Shown: positions 1-14,659 of the stretch, piece after piece
How the letters are laid out: the number at the start of each line of letters is the position of its first letter
Position numbering within the stretch: the first letter of the stretch is position 1
NCBI GenBank assembly: GCA_964016885.1
Contig: OZ024743.1
Coordinates: 66,340,001 to 66,404,000, forward strand
DNA length: 64,000 nt
Direction of reading: 5' to 3'
Source: Eledone cirrhosa
Lineage: Eukaryota
Translations under genes and position numbers: made by a program
Notes under the pieces: model-generated
What the model was told of the DNA's origin: nothing
Seen by the model: only the letters and a program-made list of their open reading frames with translations
Databases searched by the model: none

Positions 1-1357
1 ATGTCTTCTAAATACATATTATATATATAATGAGAGATTCGTAACCAGAGAACTGTGTGTATATATGTCTTCTGAATACATATTATATATATAATGAGAG
101 ATTCGTAACTAGAGAACTGTGTGTATATATGTCTTCTGAATACATATTATATATATAATGAGAGATTCGTAACTAGAGAACTGTGTGTATATATGTCTTC
201 TGAATACATATTATATATATTATGAGAGATTCGTAACCAGAGAACTGTGTCTATATATGTCTTCTGAATACATATTATATATATAATGAGAGATTCGTAA
301 CCAGAGAACTGTGTCTATATATGTCTTCTAAATACATATTATATATATAATGAAAGATTCGTAGCCAGAGAACTTTGTATATATGTCTTCTAAATACATA
401 TTATATATATAATGAGAGATTCGTAACCAGAGAACTGTGTGTATATATGTCTTCTGAATACATATATATATAATGAGAGATTCGTAACCAGAGAACTGTA
501 TGTATATATGTCTTCTGAATACATATATATATAATGAGAGATTCGTAACCAGAGAACTGTGTCTATATATGTCTTCTGAATACATATTATACATATAATG
601 AGAGATTCGTAACCAGAGAACTGTGTCTATATATGTCTTCTGAATACATATTATATATATTATGAGAGATTCGTAACCAGAGAACTGTGTCTATATATGT
701 CTTCTGAATACATATTATATATATAATGAGAGATTCGTAACCAGAGAACTGTGTCTATATATGTCTTCTGAATACATATTATATATATTATGAGAGATTC
801 GTAACCAGAGAACTGTGTCTATATATGTCTTCTGAATACATATTATATATATTATGAGAGATTCGTAACCAGAGAACTGTGTCTATATATGTCTTCTGAA
901 TACATATTATATATATAATGAGAGATTCGTAACCAGAGAACTGTGTCTATATATGTCTTCTGAATACATATTATACATATAATGAGAGATTCGTAACCAG
1001 AGAACTGTGTCTATATATGTCTTCTGAATACATATTATATATATAATGAGAGATTCGTAACCAGAGAACTGTGTGTATATGTCTTCTGAATACATATTAT
1101 ATATATAATGAGAGATTCGTAACCAGAGAACTGTGTGTATATATGTCTTCTGAATACATATTATATATATTATGAGAGATTCGTAACCAGAGAACTGTGT
1201 CTATATATGTCTTCTGAATACATATTATATATATAATGAGAGATTCGTAACCAGAGAACTGTGTGTATATATGTCTTCTGAATACATATTATACATATAA
1301 TGAGACATTCGTAACCAGAGAACTGTGTCTATATATGTCTTCTGAATACATATTATT
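1..1357. repeat. 64-bp tandem satellite, ~21 copies, running off the left edge
   Basis: Unit atgtcttctgaatacatattatatatataatgagagattcgtaaccagagaactgtgtgtatat recurs at 1, 65, 129...; high identity, no unique spacers. Confidence 0.97.
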
Positions 1358-1499
1358 GATAAAGCTCAGGAAAGGCATGAATAGTAGATACCCATATGTC
1401 ATCTCACATATGCTTTAATATAAGGCAAAGGGTGCAATTATGTAAGCTAAACATACAAACGCACATACACCTACACATACACACACACATACAAACGCA

Positions 1500-1541
<42 letters not shown>

Positions 1542-1682
1542 TACACACACGCATACACACATACACAGAAAATCCCACAGAATCATAGTTGTTAATGCTC
1601 ATATGTATATATATGTGTGTTTGTGTGGTGTGTGTATGTGTTTTGGGTGTATGTCTCTGCATATACATATATATATATATAT

Positions 1683-1994
1683 TTAGTTATGTAATAAACA
1701 ACATAAGATAATTATTTCATTTACCAGTGGTTTCTTGAAGGCAGATGTTATGTCTGTCTTCAGTCGTCAGAATGAATAAATAACATGGTATTTTTTTTTA
1801 TTAAATATGGATTTATAAAATCACCATGTTATTTATTTATTCTGACGACTGAAGACAGACATAACATCTGCCTTCAAGAAACCACTGGTAAATGAAATAA
1901 TTATCCTATGTTGTTTATTACATAACTAATAAGCTCTGTAGCCCACATAGAGCACTCTCTTTTCCTGTACCTTTCGGACGGAAATAGTTCATTT
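1683..1994. mobile_element. Fold-back HHR element (PLE pLTR-derived): inverted arms 1683-1789 / 1823-1929, tail to ~1994
   Basis: ~107-bp inverted arms each with a hammerhead core; (TA)n on the left, (CA)n on the right. Confidence 0.8.
1836..1896 (+). ncRNA. Type I minimal hammerhead ribozyme (mirror copy 1716-1776, minus strand)
   Basis: tttatt-CTGACGA-ctgaag...cttcaa-GAAA-ccactg-GTA-aatgaa; stems I and II pair, stem III minimal and near-palindromic. Confidence 0.8.
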
Positions 1995-2032
1995 ACACAC
2001 ACACACACACACACACACTCACACACACATAC

Positions 2033-2078
<46 letters not shown>

Positions 2079-2113
2079 TTATATATATACATATAAATAT
2101 ATATATACGTGTG

Positions 2114-2168
<55 letters not shown>

Positions 2169-2354
2169 ATATCTATGTATATATGTATATATCTATGTAT
2201 ATATTCGAGAGAGAGAGAGAGAGAGAGAGAGGAAAGAGAGAGAGAGAGAGGGAGAGAGTGAGAGAGTGAGAGACAGAGAGAGAGGAGTTGGACATTGGGT
2301 GAAAGACGGAAAAAATGACTGTCTACTCTTAAAGAGAATGTTTTATTGCCTTCG

Positions 2355-2545
2355 GTGTATTCCTATAAACGTATGTGTTGGTGCATACATATAGACGTAT
2401 GTGTAGGTGTATACATATAGACGTATGTGTAGGTGTATACATATAGACGTATGTGTTGGAGTATTCCTATAAACGTATGTGTTGGTGTATACATATAGAC
2501 GTATGTGTAGGTATAGTCGTATAGCTGTATGTGTTGGTGTATTCG
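2355..2545. repeat. 26-bp minisatellite (~7 copies)
   Basis: gtatgtgtaggtgtatacatatagac repeated with variants. Confidence 0.9.
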
Positions 2546-2691
2546 TTTCTTATTTACTTGGTGTACTGAGAATGTCTCCATGTTGACTGAAGGATGAATT
2601 GATTTCTTTTTTGTATGGGACTATATTTAATTTTAGCATTCTTTCATACAAAAGGGAGGATTGAGTATATATATATATATATATGTGTGTG

Positions 2692-2766
<75 letters not shown>

Positions 2767-2854
2767 ATGTATGTGTGTGTGTGTGGATATATATATATAT
2801 GCATTAATAGAATATAAATAGATATATATATATATGTGTGTACACACACAAACA

Positions 2855-2890
<36 letters not shown>

Positions 2891-2917
2891 CACATTCATA
2901 GATATATAAATAGATGC

Positions 2918-2955
<38 letters not shown>

Positions 2956-3043
2956 TATATTTACACTAAATTACCGATGTCTCTTTCAGATTTTACCTTG
3001 TATCACAGTGTACGTAATCGCACTTATTGTCACCTGCAGATGC

Positions 3044-3084
<41 letters not shown>

Positions 3085-3212
3085 CATATCTGCCTTTGTT
3101 TGCATACATAGAAAGTTTCGAATTTGTATACGAAAGAAAACGTAGTGGGAAAGGAAATTTGATATGCTTGAATAAATGAATTTATGTATGTATTATATTT
3201 TGAATATCTATA

Positions 3213-3311
<99 letters not shown>

Positions 3312-3623
3312 AATGGCAAATGGTATGCTGCGTTGTTGCAAATGGGATACATATGAATAAAATTAGAGCAAGAAGACAGGACTGTCCGTCATCAGTGATC
3401 TTCCAGCCATTATCGGTATTTCTTCGCAGTAAAGACCATATACCTCAGGCTGGTGCGAGCAATAACTAAAAAAAGTTATTGGGACAAGTAGAATTGGGTG
3501 AGAAAGCGAGACATGTAAACAAACAGAGATGGTAATGCAACGGAAAGAGAGGAAGATGAGAAGCAAGTCCGTGATATCTGTGAACTTAAGTTCGAGCAAA
3601 TCGTGGACGGGGAGAGACAGACG

Positions 3624-3680
<57 letters not shown>

Positions 3681-3742
3681 CTGTGTGTGTGTGTGTGTAT
3701 CTATATGTGTGCGTGTGTATATATATATATATATATACATAT

Positions 3743-3832
<90 letters not shown>

Positions 3833-4067
3833 TTCAACTTATGAAATATATCAATCTCCTTTTTCCTTCAGATGTGATATAAAGGAGATCTGACTACTAT
3901 TTCTTTAAAATTCAGTGACTGTTCTGACGTCCGAGCCACCCTAGAGGCCTGTGGAATTTGCTTAGAGTAAGCCAGTCACCTCTCTATTTCAAACAGGTTT
4001 TTTAACTACGACATCGTTATGAAATAAATCCTTTCTTTTATTAAGTCCGTGGAGGGCTCTGAGTTGC

Positions 4068-4245
4068 TGGAGCCGTTTGAGAATCAGAAAATGCTGAGAA
4101 GCATTTCTTCCGGCTTCTTACATTCTGAGTTTCAATCACGCTGAGCTCAACTTTATCTTTCATCATTCTAACCTCGATAAAATAATGTAGAAATGCTTTT
4201 TGATTTACTTGCACCTAATCCCACCCCACATAAAAGAACAAAAAA
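4068..4245 (+). mobile_element. Degenerate tRNA-derived SINE copy
   Basis: ttacattctgagtttcaatcacgctgagctcaactttatctttcatc...tcgataaaataa matches the family repeated through the window. Confidence 0.6.
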
Positions 4246-4344
4246 AAAAAAAAGAAAATTACTGGTCATATGGCTAAAGTATAAATCCTTTTTAAGGCGG
4301 TAGAGTGTTGGCGATTAATGGTATTCTTAGAGTAACGGACAAAA

Positions 4345-4574
4345 TGATTCGCTGTCGACACTGCATCCTTTAAAACCTCTATGCTTCCTGAGATTCGCCA
4401 ACACTGCACCTGATACCCCCCCCCCGCCATACACACACACATGTATTTCATGTCTCATACACTGTTAATTTTACTGACATTTGAACATTATTCTATGTAC
4501 TACACATGCACCTTTGATGAGTTGTTGTGCACCTGAGCACTGTACACAATAATTTCATTATTATTATTATTATT
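4345..4574 (+). mobile_element. Probable 3' end of a CR1/L2-type LINE with (ATT)n tail
   Basis: Short coding-like end (..DTASFKTSMLPEIRQHCT*), short UTR, then (ATT)n; clade assignment is by resemblance only. Confidence 0.4.
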
Positions 4575-4785
4575 GAAGGTGAAGCCACGCTTCTTATCGC
4601 CTCCAGTTTTTTTCAACAGTTAATCACGTTTTCAACCGTTCCAAACCTTTTATTCAAGTTTTAAACTTGATAAAGGTTTAGAAGTGACCCACCTAATATA
4701 GGGGTTCACTCGTAAATAATACGGTACCCCATTACGGGTGTAAAAATTTATGTAAAAATATTATTTAAAAAAAATTTCTTTCAAC

Positions 4786-6684
4786 ATGGAAAACACAAGA
4801 AAGAGAGAGAGAGAGCGCTGTCAGCCAACACAGAGAGAGAGGGAGACTTTGTCAACATATCAACAAGACAGCGTTCTAGCGAAGGTAAATATAAAAGAAA
4901 ATATTACGAAGGAAAAGAGGAAAAATATCATTTTTAATGATATTGTTACAGATTTAAAATTACCAAATATTTCTAACACAAACAACACCAACAATAACAC
5001 CAACAACAACACCATCAATAACAACAGCAACAACAAGGTCGAGAACGACAATAACAATGACAATAACAACAGCCACAACAACAATAATAGTAGGAACAGT
5101 ATCAACAAAAACAACAATAATAACAACAGCCACAATAACAATAACAACAGCAACAGTATCAACGAAAACAACAACAGCAACAGCAGTACCAACGAAAACA
5201 TCAACAATGACATCGATACCAGTAACAGCGATCTCAGCACCACCAGCAAAACCAGTAGCGGCAACAATAGTGGTGCCGCTGAAAAAGGGACCGCTTCTTT
5301 TGTAGGTGTGGCCCGAAATATCGAAACAATGTTAGTCACAGAGGAGGAGGTGGTAGTCGCAAGGACCATGGTGACAAGAAACGCCAATAGAGTTTCCCCG
5401 AAACCTCCATCCGATTTTTTTCAAGGAGCAGTAGCTACGGACGGTGACTTACCGCACCGTAAGCAAAATGTCACATCGGGTGGAGAGCGCCACGGAGGCT
5501 CAAATCCCAAAGACCTTGGGGTGCGTCTGGGTGCGCAAAACCCACATCACCCGAGGCAGAAAGTACGCCACAGTAGACGTACTCCCCCCCCCCCAGGCGA
5601 AGTCTCACTCTTTGGAAACCCTAAAGAGTGAGGAGATAGTCTTGGTGCCCTCCTACTGCGGGCAGAAAATTGTGAGGGTCAAAGTGACCCAGGTCCCGCC
5701 CGACGTGCCCATACATTGGCTGGCCGCGTCTGTACTGGCTGGAATCGAGGAGAAGACCACTGTACTGTAAATACAGAGAATGGGAAAAGAGAACTGGTCA
5801 GGAATAGGCATGCAAATTATAATACAGACTGACCAGGAGTACATCAAGGCCATCCCAGACATCATATACCTCGAAGAAGGGCACCAACTCCCTATAAGCG
5901 TGGAAGGAAGGCGCCCAAAGTGCTATCACTGTGGGCAGAAGGGTCACCTCAGGGCTTTCTGTCCGCAGAAGACAGCCAAGAAGAGGCCCCCCCCCTCTTT
6001 CCGACGCCTGATCCGCTACTACCAAGAGCAGGGCAGGCAACAGAAAAGACCCTTCCATGGTGAGTAGGACAACGTTCGTGGCACCCATACCAAGGCCATG
6101 GACAACTAAAGCAGCCGCAGCAGTGGCGGCAACACCAACAGTCGCAGTAGCTATGTCGGCGGTAAAATCGCCGGAGCGGGCTCCACTACCACCACCAACA
6201 GCAGTGGAGCTCATGCCCCTCCCGGACGCCGCGGGGTCCGACATGGAGTTAGAGGCGAGAGGGAAGTGACAAACGGCCTGCCACAAAAAAGAAAAAAGAA
6301 AAAAACCCTTAGCTTCACTCTCCAAAAGCGAAGGGTGACAAAGAGGGTAACAACAACCACACCACCACCAGCATCACCAAAAACACCAACATCGCAAACA
6401 AAACAAAACGCACACACCCAACATAACCAACAAGAAAACAGCAACAAAATCGCCCCTCCCCCCAAAAAAAGTACACAGCCATAAACATGGCAAATAAAGA
6501 ACTCCTACAACACATAAAGCAGCACACAGACATCACAAACAAAAACTACTACACTCCACTAACACCAAGAACTCTCCCGACAAACATAAGTATCATTGAA
6601 ATCTCAATAGAACATACATTTTTAAAGCAAAAATTCCCCAACGCAGTTGGAGACTTCAGAGGGTCGGTTACCAAGAGGATATAA
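4786..6684 (+). pseudogene. Tx1 ORF1 (gag-like), frameshifted; Asn-rich N-terminus, CX2CX4HX4C knuckle
   Basis: VEGRRPKCYHCGQKGHLRAFCP at ~5900-5965; several frameshifts and stops. Confidence 0.85.
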
Positions 6685-6708
6685 ACCGACATCCTCTTGG
6701 AAACACCC

Positions 6709-9700
6709 ATGACCAGCCGAAGGGACGGTTCTACTCTCCCTTCACCACACGATCAAGGTAAGTGATCCTTTCTCACTTACCGCGTTTCTCATCCAACACG
6801 GCCGTACTTAGAATAGGCAGTATAAATGTACGTGGCCTGGGGTCATCTTGGAAGCAGGGTCACCTGCTCAACGACATCAGGTCACTAAACATAGATGTGG
6901 TGGCCATCAGCGAGATCAGAATCTCCGAATCACGAGCCTTCGCACCGATCTTCGTCGGTAAACGATGTATACGCATCTCCCAGCCGTCCATGTTCGGGGG
7001 AGGTGGTGCCGTGCTTTTTCAGCGAAGGCAATGCTTTCAGGCTCGTAGCCGTCTACGCCCCAACAGGGACAGGACGGCCCGATTTCTTCAGACGTCTAGA
7101 GACCTTTCTTGGAACGTCCCGCTCTTTAGTGTTAGTGGGCGACTGGAACGGTATCTTAGATGCACGCTGGGATATGTGGGGCTAGTAGACAGGGCAGGAG
7201 GGTGTAAATAAAAGCCTCAACAACCTGCTCAGACGTTTTGAACTGTCTGACAGGTATAGACTGGATTATCCGAATTGCCAATGTGGGCATGGGCAAACCG
7301 CATCGGGTCATCCAGATCGTATTTAGATAGGGTATTCTGTAGGGAAACAGATAATGCTAGGGTAGGTTGTCCACAATTTAAAGTAGTCGACTACACGGAT
7401 CACAAATTTGTGATCTGTGAAGTTGACTTAGATAGACTCCATAGGCAAGGGCCCGGCTACTGGAAGCTGAACGCGCCGTTCCCAGCGCGCAAAGCTTAAA
7501 GAGACCGGATTAGCGAATTAGTTAAGCGTGCGTTGACGGGTGCGATCGTCAACAACAGGTGGTGGTTTACCCTGAAAAGGGCTATTAGAGTAGAATCGAT
7601 AAGGTTTAGGAAAGGAGTAGTGATAGAGGAAAATAGAGTAGAGGGAGAGTTAGTTAGAAAGCTAGAAGAGGCGTTTAGGACAGGCATCGCAACCGACGTG
7701 CTTGCGGCGAGATTGGCACTCAACTAATTCTACAACGCAAAGCATAAAGGCTGCGTTGTCAGAGCTAGAACGCGTGCTCTAAGACACGAGGGGACGAAAG
7801 CCGTTCAATGGGCCCGGGTGATGGAGGCGCGACCTGGCAACAAGTCCACAATTCGGTCTTTGCCTGATCAAAACGGGCGCATGTTGCTTGAACCCGAGCA
7901 GATGTGTGCGGCTTTTCAACAGCACTTTGCTCAATTGTTCGAAAGCGGCGGCGGACCGGATCGGAGTATGGACTTCGGTGCATACCTCGACGGACTGCCG
8001 CGGCTCTCGACGACCGCAGCGCAGTGCTGCGAAAAGCCGATAACAGCAGGTGAAATACGGGGCGCGATGTCTGACTGCACGAGGGTTAAATCGCCAGGTT
8101 TGGATAGTCTGCCTTACGAGCTTTACGTTTTCATGCCAGACTTGTTCGGCGACCTCTTGGCAGATGTCTACTGCAACTGGCAGCAGAACGGGAGCATTCC
8201 CAGTTTTGTGAGACGTGGAGAGGTGGCGCTGCTGAGAAAAGACCCGAACAAGGAGGACGTTATAGACAACTTCAGGCCCAAAGAGATTGGCGCTTGTCGT
8301 CTGTGATCTGGTGAGAGAGGCGCAGATATGCGCGATCCCGGACAGATCCATCCACGACAACCTCCATCTCATGCGATACATCATAGAGACAGTGGTTAAG
8401 GAACTTGGCACGGGTGAGGCCCTGATCAACTTGGATCAATCTAAAGCATTTGATAGAGTCGAACATCGGTATCTGGCTGCGGTCCTCGAAGCGGCCGGCT
8501 TTGGGCCCGTTTCTAGGAGCTGAATCCTTGCGATGCACAGCGACATCTTCTCGATTGTGAGGGTGAATAGTCACCCGTCGCAGCCTTTCAACCCGTCCGC
8601 CCGGATTGCCTCATCTCGTCCCTCTTGTACGTACTGGCCCTAGAGCCTTTACTACACACATTGGAGACGATGAGGGGGGTCCCACGTGAACTGGGATGCG
8701 GGAGATCCGTGTCAGCTTACGCCGACGACGTCACCAAACACGTCCAGATGCTCGGCACCGCTCTCAAGGAATACGAAGCGGTGACAGGAGCAAAGATAAA
8801 CCAGGAAAAGTCGGTGGTCTTGCAGCTCGGCACCTGGAGAGGCAAGCCTATGCCGTCCAACAGCGTCGTGGGGCGCTGGAGGGAAGGACCGGTTAAATTG
8901 CTCGGGGTCTGGTTCGGTCAGGACCTCCAGATGGAGAAAAACTTGAGCGAGGTGTCGAGCTGGGTGGCCTCTCTCACACAGAAATGGGCCGAGTGGAGGC
9001 TGTCTCTGAAAGGTCGAGTGGAGGTGGCGAATGCGTACATAGCGTCCGTCATCTGCTACCGCCTGGCCGTCGTACTTTGCCCCCGCCCAACTCTGACCAA
9101 AATGGAGCGCTTTCTCTTCCGCTTTTTGTTTAAGGGACGTGCTCCCATGGTCAGACGATCCATTTTCTGTCAAAACACGTTGCGTGGAGGACTAGGCATG
9201 CCGTGGCTGATGATGCGCAACATGCGCTGAAGCTGCGACATCTCTGGTGCTTTCTTGACGGTGAGCAGGTGTGGTCACCGTTTGCCAGACGCGCTTTTCC
9301 CCAGCTCGTCTCCTTGACGGAGCTGCAATTCTGGATCAGGAAAAGACCTAGGGATAGCGTTTGGAAGCTGGAATGTCTGCAAGCCCTCACCGCCCTCTAC
9401 CGGCTGGGCACTAGTATCGGTGGAACATCCACCTCGGCGTTCTATAGGACGCTAGTAGAGGGGAAGAGCGACGACGTTCTCGGGGAGACCATGGGCGTCG
9501 AAGACGATCAGCTGTTCGCTCTCTCCAAGAGAACTTTCAGACCGGGGCCTATGAACAACTTCCAGAAATCCCTGGCCTGGCAGTGCTACCGGGGAGCGTT
9601 GCCGGTTCGGGATAAGCTCTACAGGCACGGAGGTGCTCTCAGCCGAGCCTGTCCGAGATGCGCGCAAAGCGACGAAACCGTCCTGCGCGCACTCGTTCAG

Positions 9701-10064
9701 TGCCCGAGGATTGCTGACTTGTGGAGCTATGTCGAACAGCTGCTGTCGCGTGTAGGACGGATCCGGTTATCGACTGATAATGCAGATAGCCCCGTCATCC
9801 TCCTTTAAAGAGGTGGAAGGGCAGGCAGTTTTCATCTGCCTGGTGACCATGGCGAAAGAGATTGTGTGGTGGACAAGATTGAAAGGGTTGAAGACGGACA
9901 CTTTCCTCTCCGGCCAACCCCTGATTAACCTTTTCAAGTTTCACTTGAAGAGGAAAATCAGGGTGGAGAGGCAAGTGCTGTCTTCTAGTAAGTTTGTTGA
10001 AAGGTGGGTGAAAGTGGTGAGTCTGGTCCGAGTGAACGGGTCCGCTCTGAGTATACGCCTGTAG
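6709..10064 (+). pseudogene. Tx1 ORF2: AP endonuclease + reverse transcriptase + C-terminal zinc finger, disrupted
   Basis: IGSINVRGL, GDWN, SYLDRVF, TDHK (APE); SPGLD, LDQSKAFDRVEH, LALEPLL, AYADDV (RT); CPRC...ETV..ALVQC. Confidence 0.93.
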
Positions 10065-10254
10065 ACTGAGGAGTGGGAAAAGTGAGAGAGGGCACTTGCC
10101 CTGGTGGTCAGGGTGGCCGTGGTCTTTTGTGTGGTTTGAAATCCCAGTTGAAATCCCTCTCATGTCACCTTTGATTTTTACACTTGCGGAGCCATTAAAA
10201 TAAAAGACCAGAAAAGTACTGAGGTTGATATAATCGAATATCCTCTCCCCCGAA

Positions 10255-10580
10255 TTGCTGGCCATATGCCGCCTCCTCCTCGCCCTCCTCCTCCCCTTCT
10301 TCTTCTTCTTCTTCTTCTTCTTCTTCTTCTTCTTCTTCTTCTTCTTCTTCTTCTTCTTCTTCTTCTTCTTCTTCTTCTTCTTCTTCGAGCGTCGTGGGAG
10401 GGGAGGGGCGTCCTCAAACACTCCTTCCAGCGGGTCCTGTCAGAAGCAACCCTCTCCAACTGATCCGGCTGGATCCCCAAGCGAGATCAGCCAAACTCAT
10501 GGATGTTAACCTTATTACTCGGAGTCTCCCCGTAGGTTTTCTGTCCGCTGGTTTTGCCGGTAAGAACTCTCCTTGTGCCT
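10255..10580 (-). mobile_element. RTE-clade LINE 3' fragment with (GAA)n tail
   Basis: Minus strand encodes ..GIQPDQLERVASDRTRWKECL.. followed by (GAA)n; homologous to copies at 33.5k, 51.7k, 57.8k and 63.1k. Confidence 0.85.
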
Positions 10581-11446
10581 AAATGACAAATTATTATGAA
10601 GACGGTGCAGTATGACAAACGGTAAGATTTGAGTGTTCTTTCTAGCAATCTGACAGTCCATGTCGAGGTTTTCTCTGTTTGTTAATCCGGAGATGTAAAC
10701 ACAATCAATAGACTGTCATCTGAAAATGAAATAGAGTAAGTGAAATGATGGAAAGATATGAGCTACACGAGGTTATTTCTCAAGTGGTACAGTAGGAATT
10801 AAGTCGAGCTTAACAGTTTTCTGTTTCTATGGGAACGTTGTGAAGAGACTGTCAATGTCAATTGCTATAAAGCCACCCTTCACCCCCAGTTCTTCAACAG
10901 GCCTTAAATACACTTAGGTAGATTAGAGGGGCTTGTCAACGGATTCTATTAATTTGGAAAAATTACACGCACACACACACATATATATATATATATATAC
11001 ACACACATATACATACACACACATACACACACACATACACACACACACATATATATAATATTATATATTATATATTATATATGTATGAATGTATGTATGC
11101 GCGTGTTTAAATCTGGGTTTCCATAAGAATATATATTTATACAAATATACATAATACAAATAAATATAATATATTTAATGCACACACACACGCACACACA
11201 CATGTATATATATATACATACATACATATATACATATATATACATATATATATAGAGAGAGAGAGCGAGAGAGAAAGAGAGAGAGAGATTGAAAATGTGA
11301 GAATGGAAATAGCACGGAAAATATATTTTAGCATCTGCTTTCTTTTCTTTTTTTCCTCTCTTTGATTCGTCAAAGTAACATTATTGAAAAGATGAGAGGG
11401 ACAATTCTTTTAATAAAGAGTTTTATAAAGTATATAAAGTATATAA

Positions 11447-11494
11447 AGTATTACCAGTTTCGATGTATTATTAAAATTCATCTTATCAAATGTT
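11447..11494 (-). ncRNA. Hammerhead-like motif with U3-A8 variant core
   Basis: aacat-TTGATAA-gatg...catc-GAAA-ctg-GTA-atact; stem I partly eroded. Confidence 0.6.
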
Positions 11495-11580
11495 GAGTAT
11501 TACAATTAAAGAGAATTAATAAGAATTAAAAACTAAAAATTAAAGATTTAAGTGTTGAGGTAAGTTTTTTTCATCTTTGT

Positions 11581-11611
<31 letters not shown>

Positions 11612-11613
<2 letters not shown>

Positions 11614-11729
11614 CGAAGGAATTGCGGTAAGGAACCAGATGGACCATAACACCCGAAAGTACTCAATACTTAGGGTAGTAGAGTGGGTAATAGGAACAAG
11701 TATGACCCCGACGTGGTCATACTTGTTCC
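11612..11729 (-). mobile_element. Short (TA)n-flanked pLTR-end element with terminal fold-back (family also at 39756 and 61340)
   Basis: Shares aacgaagga...gtactcaatacttagggtagtagagtgggtaata; inverted taggaacaagtatgacc/ggtcatacttgttccta. Confidence 0.75.
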
Positions 11730-11748
11730 TATATATATATATATAAAG

Positions 11749-12412
11749 TGAAAAGAATGAAACGAAATTTCATTTCTCACTCTTAGTACTGCTGATACCT
11801 AAATATAAGTATGTATACGTACATACATATATGTGTACAGACACACAGTAGTATGTAATATATATATAGTAGTAATATATACATACATGCACACATATAT
11901 ATATATATATGTAGGTATGGGTTTACCGAACATTTATTATAATGTTCGGTTTGTTTGTAAACAAACAGCCCGAATTACGCCGTACAATACTAGGCAACCA
12001 TCGTCGCCCCTTTGTTCAACACTGACAAAAGAACGCTGTACTAGTTTCAAGCTTATTAGCTATTGTCAGCATCGTATACCCTTCTGTCAGAAGATTGAAA
12101 CGTCTGAAAGTATATACTTTCCTTATGCATATTAACGACTGAGCAGCCTAATTTGCATATCGAGTGAATTAGTCGACCGGGCATACCGAAAACGATAAAT
12201 GGAAAAGAATGAAACGAAATTTCATTTCTCACTCTTAGTACCGCTGATACCTAAATATAAGTATATATACGTACGTACATACATATATGTGTACAGACGC
12301 ACAGTAGTATGTATATATATACATACATTCATACATATATATACGTACGTATGGGTTTACCGAACATTTATAATAATGTTCGGTTTGTTTGTAAACAAAC
12401 AGCCCGAATTAT
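11749..12412 (+). repeat. Direct duplication of ~220 bp (11749-11977 / 12202-12411)
   Basis: gaaaagaatgaaacgaaatttc...gtaaacaaacagcccgaatta occurs twice, ~450 bp apart. Confidence 0.9.
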
Positions 12413-12423
12413 CTTCTGAAACT

Positions 12424-12564
12424 CTGTTTCAGAAGATCCCGTTAAGGGTAAAAGCAACGATACTTTGCTTAAACTTTAATCTGTTATTTTAATAAATATT
12501 TGTTCTAGGGTTCTTATATATCTGATATATATTTATCCTTATCAAGCCCTCTTTGCATTTTAGT

Positions 12565-12568
<4 letters not shown>
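12424..12568 (+). mobile_element. HHR-bearing repeat family ('CAGAAGA' family), long-end copy
   Basis: gtttcagaagatcccgttaagggt..gcttaaactttaatctgttattttaa plus tail; homologues at 27264, 32348, 41835, 58505 and 61550-62293. Confidence 0.75.
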
Positions 12569-12634
<66 letters not shown>

Positions 12635-12669
12635 GTATATATAAACATATAAACATATATGTGTATCCC

Positions 12670-12815
12670 GGGTTTTGACGCATAGAGTTACGGCCTTTGC
12701 CATTCTGAGTTCAAATCCCGCCGAGGTCAACTTTGCCTTTCATTCTTACGGGGTCGATAAAATAAAGTACCAGTAGTACACTGGTTTAAATGCTGGCCTT
12801 GTGCCAAAAGTAAAA
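12670..12815 (+). mobile_element. tRNA-derived SINE (octopod-like family)
   Basis: ctgagttcaaatcccgccgaggtcaactttgcctttcattcttacggggtcgataaaataaagtaccagt; B-box-like gagttcaaatcc. Confidence 0.85.
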
Positions 12816-12954
12816 AAAAAAATATATATATATAGGTAAATATACACAGACAGAGACTGCTTGGCAGGGAAAATAATTCTTTGTGTTAGATGGGCAAAGA
12901 GTTCATAATTAACACTCAATTGTTATAAATACTTATCAAATATTAATTATGTCA

Positions 12955-14058
<1,104 letters not shown>

Positions 14059-14440
14059 TATTGTTTTTGCGCTTTTGTTTATAGTTCTTCTGGCGTTTCA
14101 TTTCTCGTGGGGCCACTGGATACGGGATCTGTGTTGAAAGCCTAGTAGACACTTTAATAAAAGACACGAGTTTTACCAAATCCTCCCGACCCCTCTATCT
14201 GCCCTCACACCCTTATATGCCTCTCCACCCTCTACACCACCCACTCCACTATCAACCAGATATCTCTGCTAGATTACTGTTACTGGTGGCTGTGTCAAGA
14301 CCTATTGCAATTTATAAATCATGAAGACAGTTTCATATATTTATATATATATATATTATATTTATATATGTATATGTAAATCTATATGTATACATAAGCA
14401 CACATGCGCTCGCGCACGCACACACACACACACACACGCA

Positions 14441-14622
<182 letters not shown>

Positions 14623-14659
14623 AAGTGATGGAGAGATAAATCCATACATAAATAGATAG

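Larger units (their letters stand above)
4575..10215 (+). mobile_element. Tx1/L1-clade non-LTR retrotransposon, near full length, decayed
   Basis: ORF1 with zinc knuckle, ORF2 with APE-RT-CCHC order, A-rich 3' end near 10195-10215. Confidence 0.92.

Noticed and set aside
1-1357. CRISPR array
   Set aside because: Whole units repeat with no unique spacers; no cas genes; eukaryotic context.
4786-5631. Asn-rich host protein, or Leu-rich membrane protein on the opposite strand
   Set aside because: Low-complexity (AAC)n part of Tx1 ORF1.
12670-12815. tRNA genes at gagttcaaatcc motifs
   Set aside because: These are B-box heads of degenerate SINE copies; no cloverleaf.
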